From: Syntrophobacterales bacterium
GTDB taxonomy: Bacteria; Desulfobacterota; Syntrophia; Syntrophales; UBA5619
Assembly (NCBI GenBank): GCA_019429105.1
Contig: JAHYJE010000001.1
Coordinates: 27,952 to 91,951, forward strand
Length of the DNA: 64,000 bases
Direction of reading: 5' to 3'
Positions 1-8,079 of the stretch are shown here, piece by piece. Numbering within the stretch: position 1 is the first letter of the stretch; each line of letters starts with the position of its first letter. Below the pieces are notes generated by a model, which saw only the letters and a program-made list of their open reading frames with translations, was not told where the DNA came from and did no database searches. The translations under genes were made by a program, and so were the position numbers.

Positions 1-489
1 TCCCAAAAGTGCCATGATGTAAGATACAGATATTGTTTATACAAATTCCATTTTCCCATAAGTGTAGGGAGCAATCTAAGTGAGTTATTCATTGCAATTA
101 TTTACCCCGTTAATATGAGGCGCTGAAAGAGGACCCGGGCGGTCCTTCGAAAAACGCTGCTCTGCCGTCTCTCCCCCCTGACCCCTTGTCCCCCTGAGGG
201 TCATACCCGCGGAGACCGCGGCATGACTAATTCAGGAGGCAACATTGGTCAACCTGTCTTCAAAAAAATCGAACCCTTCCCAAAAAATCAGGGATATTTC
301 CCTTCAGGCGCCGGTCTATCTTCTGCCCTGCTGGATTGTCCACATGGGAAGCGACCCCTCTCACCTTGTTCCCTTCCATCCCGGGCGGACGGCATCCTCA
401 TGAAAAAGAAAAAAAATAAAGGGCGGCTGTCCATGGCCAGAACATAAATAATTATAAGCAACTATTCAAACACTATCAGGAGGCATAAC

Positions 490-1770
490 ATGTCGGATTA
501 CACAAAAATGTGGTCGGAACTCGGTCTTGATCTTAAGGGTCATGACGCGCTCCTTTCCTTTCTTGGAGAGGCATATGCGAATATTTTTCTTTCGCAAAAG
601 AACCGCCCGGAGGGAATGAAGTACTTTGATTTCGTCATGAGTGAAGTGCATGGCCTGCGCATCAAGGAGCTTATGGACGCGAAAGCGCAGGGCCGGAAAG
701 TAATAGGTTCGTTCTGCGTTTTCGTTCCCGAAGAGTTGATTCTTGCGGTGGATGGAGTTTCGGTCGGATTATGCACCGGGGCGGAATTCAATTTTGAAGG
801 CGCCGAAACGCTGTTGCCCCGAAATACATGCTCACTCATCAAATCTGCTTTCGGCTTCAAGCTTGGGAAGGTATGTCCCTATATGGAATCAAGCGACGTC
901 ATTGTAGGAGAAACTACCTGCGACGGCAAGAAAAAGTCGTATGAGCTTCTGGCCCCGCTGGTCAAAGACCTGTACATCATGGACATGCCCCAGATGAAAA
1001 CCGCTATGGGCAAGGCTTTGCTGAAGGAAGAATACCGCAAGTTCATCGAAAAACTTGAAGAGGTAAGCGGTAAAAAAATAACCGTTGAATCGCTGAGAAA
1101 GGGGATTGAAGTCGTTAATGCAAAACGAAATGCCGTTAAAAGACTCGCCGCGATCCGCGCCGCCGACCCGGCACCGATATCCGGTCTGGACGCTTTGCTC
1201 GTGAATCAGGTGTTTTTCTATGATGACCCAATTCGCTTTACCGACTCGGTCAATAAACTTTGCGACGAGTTGGAAGACCGCGTGAAAAAAGGAACTGGCG
1301 TTTTCGCGAAGGGGACAACCCGTCTGCTGGTTTCCGGATGTCCAATGGCCGTTCCCAACTGGAAACTGCCCATGCTCATTGAAGCAAGCAACGCGGTCAT
1401 TGTGGGCGAGGAATCCTGCGTGGGCGAACGCGGCGTGCGCTGGCTGACGGAGCCCACGGGGAAAACGGTGGAAGAGATCCTTGATTCAATCACCGAACGA
1501 TATTTCAATATCGACTGCGCTGTTTTTACGCCGAACCCGTCGCGGGTCGAGTACGTAAAGGAAATGACGAAAAAACTCGGGTCGCATGGCGTCATTCATT
1601 ATAGCCTGCAATTCTGTCAGCCTTACATCATGGAAAGCGGTCCCGTGGAAAAAGAGCTGGAAACATCGGGCGTGCCGACGTTGCGTCTGGAAACCGATTA
1701 CAGCCAGGAAGACGCGGGCCAGCTAAAGACAAGGCTTGAGGCCTTTGTCGAGCGGTTGAAGAAAAAATGA
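490..1770 (+). CDS. 2-hydroxyacyl-CoA dehydratase / benzoyl-CoA reductase BcrBC-family protein. It is a single subunit, so it may be a double-cubane-cluster-protein-like enzyme.
   Basis: 426-aa ORF with RBS aggagg upstream. Family-typical Cys-containing segments are present (GSFCVFVPEE, PRNTCSLIKS, GETTCDGKKKSYE, SGCPMAVPNW, GEESCVGERG, LQFCQPYIME). The stop overlaps the start of the activase gene. Confidence 0.75.
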   Translation: MSDYTKMWSELGLDLKGHDALLSFLGEAYANIFLSQKNRPEGMKYFDFVMSEVHGLRIKELMDAKAQGRKVIGSFCVFVPEELILAVDGVSVGLCTGAEFNFEGAETLLPRNTCSLIKSAFGFKLGKVCPYMESSDVIVGETTCDGKKKSYELLAPLVKDLYIMDMPQMKTAMGKALLKEEYRKFIEKLEEVSGKKITVESLRKGIEVVNAKRNAVKRLAAIRAADPAPISGLDALLVNQVFFYDDPIRFTDSVNKLCDELEDRVKKGTGVFAKGTTRLLVSGCPMAVPNWKLPMLIEASNAVIVGEESCVGERGVRWLTEPTGKTVEEILDSITERYFNIDCAVFTPNPSRVEYVKEMTKKLGSHGVIHYSLQFCQPYIMESGPVEKELETSGVPTLRLETDYSQEDAGQLKTRLEAFVERLKKK

Positions 1771-2516
1771 GATATGCAGGCATTGATATAGGATCACGGA
1801 CGATCAAGCTTGCCGTGCTTGAACGCGGCAAGCTTGTCCTTTCCCGTAAATCATTAACGTCGCACAACCCGCTGGAAACGGCGCAGGAACTTATGAACGG
1901 CGTCGCCTTCGATGTCATCGCCGCCACCGGATACGGCCGCCATCTGCTCGGAGGACACCTTAACTGTCCGGTGATCAGCGAGATCACTGCCTTCGCCTCG
2001 GGCGCCCGCTTTTTTTCGAGCGGCTGCAGGTCAATCCTTGACATCGGAGGACAGGACACGAAGGCCATTTCGCTGGATGACGAAGGCCGCATGAATAAAT
2101 TCGAAATGAACGACAAGTGCGCTGCCGGGACAGGCCGTTTCCTTGAGATCATGGCAACTGCGCTCGGTTTCACACTTGATGAATTCTCAAAGGCGGCTCT
2201 TTCAGCCGGTAAAGCCGTGAAGATCAACAGCATGTGCACTGTCTTTGCCGAATCCGAGGTTGTGTCTCTGACTTCACAGGGCGCGATGCGCGACGAGGTG
2301 GCGCTGGGTATTCACAAGGCTATCGTCAGCCGTTCGGCGGGCCTCCTGAAAAGAATTGCGCAGCCGGGGAAAATATTTTTTGCCGGCGGCGTTGCGCTGA
2401 ACGATTGCATGAGAATTATTCTCGAAAACGAAATGGGCAGACCCGTTTTTGTGCCACCCGACCCTCAGATTGTGGGAGCTATCGGGGCCGCGTTGAGCGC
2501 ATCAGCCGATATATAG
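1767..2516 (+). CDS. Activase (ATPase) of the 2-hydroxyacyl-CoA dehydratase / BcrAD / HgdC family
   Basis: 249 aa. N-terminal acetate/sugar-kinase fold motif GIDIGSRTIKLAV, ILDIGGQDTKAI, CAAGTGRFLE and FAGGVALN. ATGA overlap with the upstream gene. Confidence 0.85.
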   Translation: MRYAGIDIGSRTIKLAVLERGKLVLSRKSLTSHNPLETAQELMNGVAFDVIAATGYGRHLLGGHLNCPVISEITAFASGARFFSSGCRSILDIGGQDTKAISLDDEGRMNKFEMNDKCAAGTGRFLEIMATALGFTLDEFSKAALSAGKAVKINSMCTVFAESEVVSLTSQGAMRDEVALGIHKAIVSRSAGLLKRIAQPGKIFFAGGVALNDCMRIILENEMGRPVFVPPDPQIVGAIGAALSASADI

Positions 2517-2619
2517 ATTCACACCCCATTGGAAGAGGGTCTCTACGTTCCTTTTGATATTCTACAACCGTTATTCACTGACCCGCCGGTCAGTCGAAGC
2601 AAAAATCAGTGGAAAGAGG

Positions 2620-2785
2620 CAATTGCAAAACTCTCACATTCTGTCATTGCCGCAATGATTTTAAGCGGGAAAACGAAGTTTAATGTTCATAATCTGGTTC
2701 TAACTGCTTGAAAAACCGTATTCCCGATAGAAGCATTGTGTACATTAAGCTCCGCTTTCGGGAATGACAAATAGTTTTGCAATTG
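2620..2785 (+). mobile_element. MITE-like 166-bp element, copy 1. It lies between the activase and yedF.
   Basis: Near-identical to 25338..25503 and 61899..62064. Termini are CAATTGCAAAACT...AGTTTTGCAATTG, with imperfect inverted arms of about 55 nt. Confidence 0.85.
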
Positions 2786-2850
2786 GCTCGAAAGAAAAAA
2801 GAAATTGTGATTGTTCCGTACTGTATAAACCCAAAAGGAGGCTGGAAAAT

Positions 2851-3477
2851 ATGAAGAAAACCATTGACGCTCGCGGGCTTGCCTGCCCGCAGCCCGTGCT
2901 GTTGGCAAAAAAGGCGCTTGAGGAAAACGCCGAAGTGACCGTCCTGGTGGACGATGACATTGCCGTCGAGAACATCAGCCGCTTGGCCGCCAAAACGGCC
3001 TGCAGCATCTGTGTGACTAAAAAGGAGGGAGGAGTTCGGGAGATAGAGCTGACGAGGACTGGCGCTGCTGCCCCTCCCCCCGTGGACGACGCCGCTCTCG
3101 CCGCAGAGCTGACCTGCGCAGTTTTGCCGAAAAAGGAAGCCGGCCCCTTCGTGGTGGTCCTTTCCGACAACCGCATGGGGCGCGGAGACGACGTCCTTGG
3201 GGATGTCCTGATCCGGGCCTTCCTCCACACCCTCGGGCAGCTCAAACCGTTGCCGGCGAAGATCATCTGCTACAACGCCGGGGTAAAGCTCGCAGTGCAG
3301 GATTCGGCGGTTCTCGATGACCTGCAGCAACTGGCGCAGGCCGGGGTGGACATCCTCGTCTGCGGAACCTGCGTGAACTATTTCGGGCTAGGCGAGCAGA
3401 TCGCGGCGGGACGTATTTCCAATATGTACGAAATCCTCGAAACGATGGCGGACGCCGCCCAACTGGTGCGCCCGTGA
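2851..3477 (+). CDS. yedF: YedF-like selenium/sulfur metabolism protein (TusA/SirA-like N-domain plus DsrE-like C-domain)
   Basis: Start chosen at MKKTIDARGLACPQPVLLAKKAL (TusA CPxP motif) with RBS aaaggagg. The upstream part of track ORF 2764.. comes from the MITE end. Confidence 0.75.
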   Translation: MKKTIDARGLACPQPVLLAKKALEENAEVTVLVDDDIAVENISRLAAKTACSICVTKKEGGVREIELTRTGAAAPPPVDDAALAAELTCAVLPKKEAGPFVVVLSDNRMGRGDDVLGDVLIRAFLHTLGQLKPLPAKIICYNAGVKLAVQDSAVLDDLQQLAQAGVDILVCGTCVNYFGLGEQIAAGRISNMYEILETMADAAQLVRP

Positions 3478-3701
3478 TGGAAGCGCCGCCGTACGCCGTA
3501 TTTCTGTTTCCTTCGGTTAACCATGCGCTGAAGGCGGAGAAGATTCTCAAGGAACAGGGGATCGTCCATAAATTGATCCCCGTTCCTCGCCAGATCAGTT
3601 CTGACTGCGGCGTCTGCCTCCGTGTTTTCGTGGAGCAGCAGGGACTTGTGGCAGAAACATTGAAGAATTTGGTGACCTGGGAAAGAACGGTGCTTCTATA
3701 A
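3474..3701 (+). CDS. DUF3343-like small putative Se/S carrier protein
   Basis: 75 aa. YAVFLFPSVNHALKAEKILKEQGI...PVPRQISSDCG pattern. Overlaps the yedF stop. Confidence 0.6.
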   Translation: MMEAPPYAVFLFPSVNHALKAEKILKEQGIVHKLIPVPRQISSDCGVCLRVFVEQQGLVAETLKNLVTWERTVLL

Positions 3702-3719
3702 CCCCCTTGCCCGGAGCGG

Positions 3720-3827
3720 GCGCAACGGACGATCAAAGCGAAGCTTAATTTTCATAAAGCAAAGCTTGATGCCCTCGTCAAACTGGAGGGACGCGCTTTG
3801 TCGCTTCCGGTGCGGTTGCCTAAAGCA
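3720..3827 (+). repeat. Repeat family B, copy 1
   Basis: Aligns by eye to the reverse complement of 53064..53149, with a 20-nt insertion. Contains a diverged copy of the AGCGGAGCTTAATGT core and a GGAGGGACGCGCTTTGTCGC block. Confidence 0.65.
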
Positions 3828-3898
3828 CCAAAAACACTCGCAATGTAACACAGCGATATTGTTAATACAAATTCTATTTTAATCTACACAGGAGGCGA

Positions 3899-5077
3899 AT
3901 GATGCAACCCGCTTCGAGAGAAAACCGGCTTATCTATTTTGATAACGCCGCCACTACCTGGCCCAAACCACCAGAAATGATTGCGGCGATGGGCCATTGC
4001 AACGAAATGGCCGGCGGCAGTCCCGGTCGGTCCGGTCACCAGCGCTCGCTTGCTGCGGGGCGAATCATCCTGGAGGCCCGGGAGGCGCTGGCGGAGCTTT
4101 TCGGAATCGGGGATTCACTCCGAATCGTCCTCACCAAAAATGCCACGGAAGCGCTGAATATCGCCCTGCTGGGGCTCCTCCATCCGGGCGATCATGTCAT
4201 AACCTCCAGCATGGAGCACAATTCCGTCATGCGGCCCCTGCGCTTTTTAGAGAAGCAGGGGGTGAGCCTGTCTGTCGTTGCCTGCTCAAGGGCAGGAAGG
4301 CTGAATCCCGAGGATGTCCGCGCCGCGATTCGGCCACAGACCCGCCTGCTGGTTGTCGCCCACGCCTCGAATGTCACGGGAACCGTCCAGCCCCTTGCCG
4401 AGCTGGGACAAATATCCCGGGAACAGGGACTGCTGTTTTGCGTGGATGCTGCCCAGACGGCAGGAGCATTGCCCATCCATGTTGAAGACATGGCGATCGA
4501 CCTGCTGGCTTTTTCCGGCCACAAGTCCCTCTTCGGGCCTCAGGGAACGGGCGGGCTTTACATCCGGGAGGGAATGGAAAAGCAGCTCCCGCCTTTAATG
4601 ATGGGCGGAACGGGAAGCCGCTCGGAGTTCGAAGCGCAGCCAGATTTCCTGCCCGACAAATACGAGTCGGGCACCCCGAACACCATCGGAATCGCAGGCC
4701 TGGGCGCCGGGGTTAGTTTTGTCCTCGCGACGGGGATAGAGGCAATCCGCCGCAAAGAAGAAAGACTGACGCAGAAATTTCTACAGGGACTTGCTTCTCT
4801 CAAAGGCATCACCGTTTACGGGCCGCCCGACGCCGCGAACCGCACAGCCGTCGTCGCTTTCAACATCGCCGGCGTTTCTCCCTCCGAGGCGGCGCTTGAA
4901 CTCGATGAACGTTTCGGCATCCTCTGCCGGCCCGGGCTGCAATGCGCCCCTGCCGCGCACCGGACAATCGGCACCTTCTCCCAGGGAACAATCCGCTTCG
5001 GCTTCGGCTACTTCAACGAGGACGAGGAAATTTATCTCGCCCTGGAGGCGATTCGCTCTCTGGCGGCGGGAACTTGA
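3899..5077 (+). CDS. Class V aminotransferase: cysteine desulfurase / selenocysteine lyase family
   Basis: 392 aa. PLP-lysine motif SGHKSLFGPQGTGGLY. N-terminal IYFDNAATTWPKP. RBS aggagg. Confidence 0.85.
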   Translation: MMQPASRENRLIYFDNAATTWPKPPEMIAAMGHCNEMAGGSPGRSGHQRSLAAGRIILEAREALAELFGIGDSLRIVLTKNATEALNIALLGLLHPGDHVITSSMEHNSVMRPLRFLEKQGVSLSVVACSRAGRLNPEDVRAAIRPQTRLLVVAHASNVTGTVQPLAELGQISREQGLLFCVDAAQTAGALPIHVEDMAIDLLAFSGHKSLFGPQGTGGLYIREGMEKQLPPLMMGGTGSRSEFEAQPDFLPDKYESGTPNTIGIAGLGAGVSFVLATGIEAIRRKEERLTQKFLQGLASLKGITVYGPPDAANRTAVVAFNIAGVSPSEAALELDERFGILCRPGLQCAPAAHRTIGTFSQGTIRFGFGYFNEDEEIYLALEAIRSLAAGT

Positions 5078-5102
5078 CATTCACGGATAGAGGGTAATAA
5101 GC

Positions 5103-5532
5103 ATGCAAATCAATGATTTAATACAGAAGTCCCTGGATGGAGGGAATTTCTCCAAGAAAGAGCTGGTAGAGCTGTTGAGTTATCCCCCTGCTTCCGGGGC
5201 AACCTATCAGATCATGGCGGAAGCCAATCGCCTCTCAAAGGAACTTACGGGAGGCAAGGCGGAAGTGCATGGCCCAGATCACCGCCGTCACGCGTCTCGG
5301 AACGCCCAGGGATGTTCCGGGAAACTGCATCCACGAACCCTGCACACTGGGGGCTATTGCCGGCGCCAACCTCTTCTGGGCAGAAATGGGAGCAAATCCA
5401 CGCGATACGGCGGAACGAACCGAATCGGGGCGAGGAAATGACGCTCAAAAATGCCGCACCCTGTTTCAGGAAAACGATTGGGATATCCTCGCGGGTCCGT
5501 CCCGATTCTATCGAGGCATCACTGCGGAATAA
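5103..5532 (+). pseudogene. Radical-SAM (BioB/HydE-like) gene remnant with an internal deletion and a frameshift
   Basis: The N-terminal 57 aa (MQINDLIQKSLDGGNFSKKELVELL...GGKAEVH) switch frame near 5265-5270 into a C-terminal-like tail (CTLGAIAGANLFWAEMGANPRDT). No CxxxCxxC core is present. Confidence 0.45.
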
Positions 5533-6127
5533 TCCTATCCCCGTTCGGCGCTTCAATTTTTTTAAAAACCGCACGGTTTCGTCCCTGCCGTTTTGCCTCA
5601 TACAGAGCGGCGTCGGCTGCGCTAAACAGCGCCCCGGCAGTAAGTTCAATCTTTACCGGCGGCTCAATTTGCGCTATCCCCAGACTAAGAGTAACGCAGG
5701 AGGCGGCTGGCGAATCTTCATGAGGAAGGCAGTATTTCTCGACAGAAGTGCGAATCTTTTCGGCGAGATGAACAGCTCCCGCTGCCTTCGTCCCCGGCAG
5801 AATGACGGCAAATTCCTCTCCCCCGTAACGCGCCACAAAATCGCCCGGCCGCACGGCCAGCGGCGGCTGGTCAAGGCGTTTCGGATCGCCGGGCGGCAGG
5901 CGCCCATCCACCAACTCCTCACAGATGCGGCCGCTCATATAAACCTGCGACAGGGCCGCCCCCCCCTTTTACCAGCTCTCGCCAATGCGCGTGAGAGCCG
6001 CAACAATAACACTCTCCACAAGCTCCAGCGGTATCAGTTGCTTTGCGGCATGGGCTACAAGTTTTCTTGCCTGCAGGCGATCAAGGGATAAAAGGGCCTG
6101 CTCAAATTCCCGGGAAAGGTCAGTCAT
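5519..6127 (-). pseudogene. Degenerate B12-cap-like / GGDEF chimeric gene with an in-frame TAA stop
   Basis: A 52-aa N-terminal ORF (…ALTRIGESW) is followed in the same frame by TAA at 5969..5971. The frame then continues KGGAALSQVYMSGRICEEL…ARYGGEEFAVILPG…AALYEAKRQGRN. Only the C-terminal half of a GGDEF domain is present. Confidence 0.55.
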
Positions 6128-6204
6128 AAGTCCTCCTCCGCCATTGTAAATATCTACTGAATATTATTCATCTCAGAAGTCCGATTATCTGTCTCATTCC
6201 AAAA

Positions 6205-6876
6205 TCATGCCTGCTGTCTGCCTGCCGGCGACACAGGGGCGCCTTTTCCGACAAAGATGACCGAGGGGCTCAGACCGATCCTGGTTCCGACATCATCGAG
6301 CATCTTTTGCAACTCCTCCCGGCTCACGACAATGCCCTTTCCCCCCTTCGGGGGATACGGGTCGTTCAAGACTACCCGAGCATCTCCGATATCCGTCACC
6401 ACAACCCAATGAGGGATATCCAACTGATGCACCACCCCCATGTGCACCAGCGCTAGCGGGATTAGACCTTCGCGGCACCCCCGGACTACCCGCTCCACCG
6501 TCAATCGCCCCTGCTCCACGGTCAGACCGCGGCCCAGGGCACGTTTTCTATTCTCGGCAATCCCGAAAAAAGCCAATTCCTCCTCTTCCGGGGTAAATTC
6601 ACTTTCCTGCAGCCGTCGTCTCCACAAATCAGCGTCGATCATCCGCCTGCGTTGCGTCGCGAGGTGCACACGGTAACCGGCATTCAGCAACGGAACGCTC
6701 ATTCCGAAAGGGTCGGCACCTCTTATCCCTATCATGTTGCACTGCCGCCACACCTCAAACTCCAGGGAGCGGTTCAGCTTCAGATGGGGGTCAAAATGCT
6801 TTAAAATCATCAACACACAGGCGGGGCCGCAGGTAAATTCGGCGCTTTGGGCGTAGTAAGGTATTTTGAACATCAT
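6205..6876 (-). CDS. Peptidase C39-like (papain-fold) domain protein
   Basis: 223 aa. N-terminal YYAQSAEFTCGPACVLMILKHF, with a downstream HWVVV histidine segment. Confidence 0.55.
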   Translation of the reverse strand: MMFKIPYYAQSAEFTCGPACVLMILKHFDPHLKLNRSLEFEVWRQCNMIGIRGADPFGMSVPLLNAGYRVHLATQRRRMIDADLWRRRLQESEFTPEEEELAFFGIAENRKRALGRGLTVEQGRLTVERVVRGCREGLIPLALVHMGVVHQLDIPHWVVVTDIGDARVVLNDPYPPKGGKGIVVSREELQKMLDDVGTRIGLSPSVIFVGKGAPVSPAGRQQA

Positions 6877-6948
6877 AAAATGCTTTCCTTTGTTCCGAGA
6901 TCAAGGATCAATTTTTATTAACATTGGAAAAGGAGACTTTTGCGCCCG

Positions 6949-7830
6949 TCACCAGTGCGCCTGATTGCCGATGCGGTTTCCCATGACCTCCGCGGTATCG
7001 GAAATAACGACAAAGGCTTCAGCATCCTCCTGCCGGACTATGTTCTTCAGAACGGATAGCTCCTGAAAGGTAACAACCGTGTAGAGGATCCTCTTTTCCC
7101 TTTCCGAATACGCCCCCTGACCGTGCAGAATGGTAATTCCCCGCCCGATTTCCGCCAGGATTCGGGCTTCTACCTTCTCCCAGCACGGCGTAACGATAAA
7201 AACCGCCTTTCTCTGGCTCAAACCGGTAACAACGAGATCGACAATCTTCGTCACGACATAGAGATAAAGCATCGTGTAAAGCGCATCTTCCAGAGAAAAT
7301 AAAAATGCGGCAGCGCCCAGAATGAGAGAGTTGAAGCTCAGAATGGTCGTTCCCAGGCGGATGGAAAAGCGGTTGTGAAGGATGACCGACAGGATGTCCG
7401 TGCCTCCGGCTGATCCCTGTGATTTCAGGATAATCCCGGAACCAAGGCCCTGAATCAGCCCGGCCAGCAACGCGGCAAGCAGTTTGTCATAGACCGGAAC
7501 CGAGATTTGGACGAGAGAAACGGCCGTCGTGAAGATAATCATCCCGATTATGCTGTAGAGAAAAAACCGGCGGTTGACAAAGAACCAGCCGGCTATGAAC
7601 AGGGGAATATTCAGCAGAAAATAGATGGCGGCTACCGATAAAACCGGCCAGAGGTAGTGGCTCAGGATCGAAAAACCCACCACACCGCCGCTGACAAAAC
7701 CGCGGGGAATCAGTATCCCGTTGATCGCAATGCCGCAAAGGATGCCGCCTGCCGCCATCAGCAAAAGGTTCCAACCGGCGGTCTTCAAAAATGACCAGCT
7801 CGCCTGCCAGGAAAGACTCTTCATTGCCAT
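6949..7830 (-). CDS. YitT-family membrane protein (DUF2179 C-terminal domain)
   Basis: Multi-TM N-terminal region and GGTDILSVI motif. The start was trimmed to MAMKSLSW. The track ORF extends to 7956. Confidence 0.7.
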   Translation of the reverse strand: MAMKSLSWQASWSFLKTAGWNLLLMAAGGILCGIAINGILIPRGFVSGGVVGFSILSHYLWPVLSVAAIYFLLNIPLFIAGWFFVNRRFFLYSIIGMIIFTTAVSLVQISVPVYDKLLAALLAGLIQGLGSGIILKSQGSAGGTDILSVILHNRFSIRLGTTILSFNSLILGAAAFLFSLEDALYTMLYLYVVTKIVDLVVTGLSQRKAVFIVTPCWEKVEARILAEIGRGITILHGQGAYSEREKRILYTVVTFQELSVLKNIVRQEDAEAFVVISDTAEVMGNRIGNQAHW

Positions 7831-8079
7831 TTTCTCCCAATTGCCCGACGGATAAGATACCCTCGCTATCTGTGAAAATCTTTTAGCATCATGCAAAGCC
7901 TTTTTCAACGATATTGACGACAATCGGAAAAGGGATGTTTTGAAAGTCATTGACATAGCACAACAAGACGTATAGAAATGAGCCAGGGTTATCGAGCAAC
8001 TTCACAAAAGGCGCTCACCGATGAATGACCACCCCCATGGGCACAGGTCGTCGATAAATAACAAGGAGGATAGAAAGAT

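Noticed and set aside
223-447. A 74-aa ORF and several hairpins in the 480-bp region upstream of the dehydratase-like gene, considered as a possible leader peptide or riboswitch.
   Set aside because: The ORF has no RBS and a low-complexity translation. I recognise no riboswitch class in the hairpins. It stays unresolved rather than supported.
2764-2850. ORF N-termini beginning MTNSFAI at 2764 and 25482, and the 60-aa ORF at 2529..2711.
   Set aside because: These start codons lie inside the MITE arms and recur wherever the element is inserted. The real genes (yedF, dedA) have their own RBS and ATG downstream.
490-5077. In-frame TGA (selenocysteine) recoding in or near the YedF cluster.
   Set aside because: All genes there are single uninterrupted ORFs. 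I found no adjacent ORF pairs joined by a TGA and no SECIS-like hairpin.
5959-5966. A C8 homopolymer next to the break in the GGDEF-like gene, considered as a slipped-strand frameshift or phase-variation site.
   Set aside because: Codon arithmetic shows that the two ORF halves (5969..6127 and 5519..5938) are in the same frame. The disruption is the in-frame TAA at 5969..5971, not the homopolymer.
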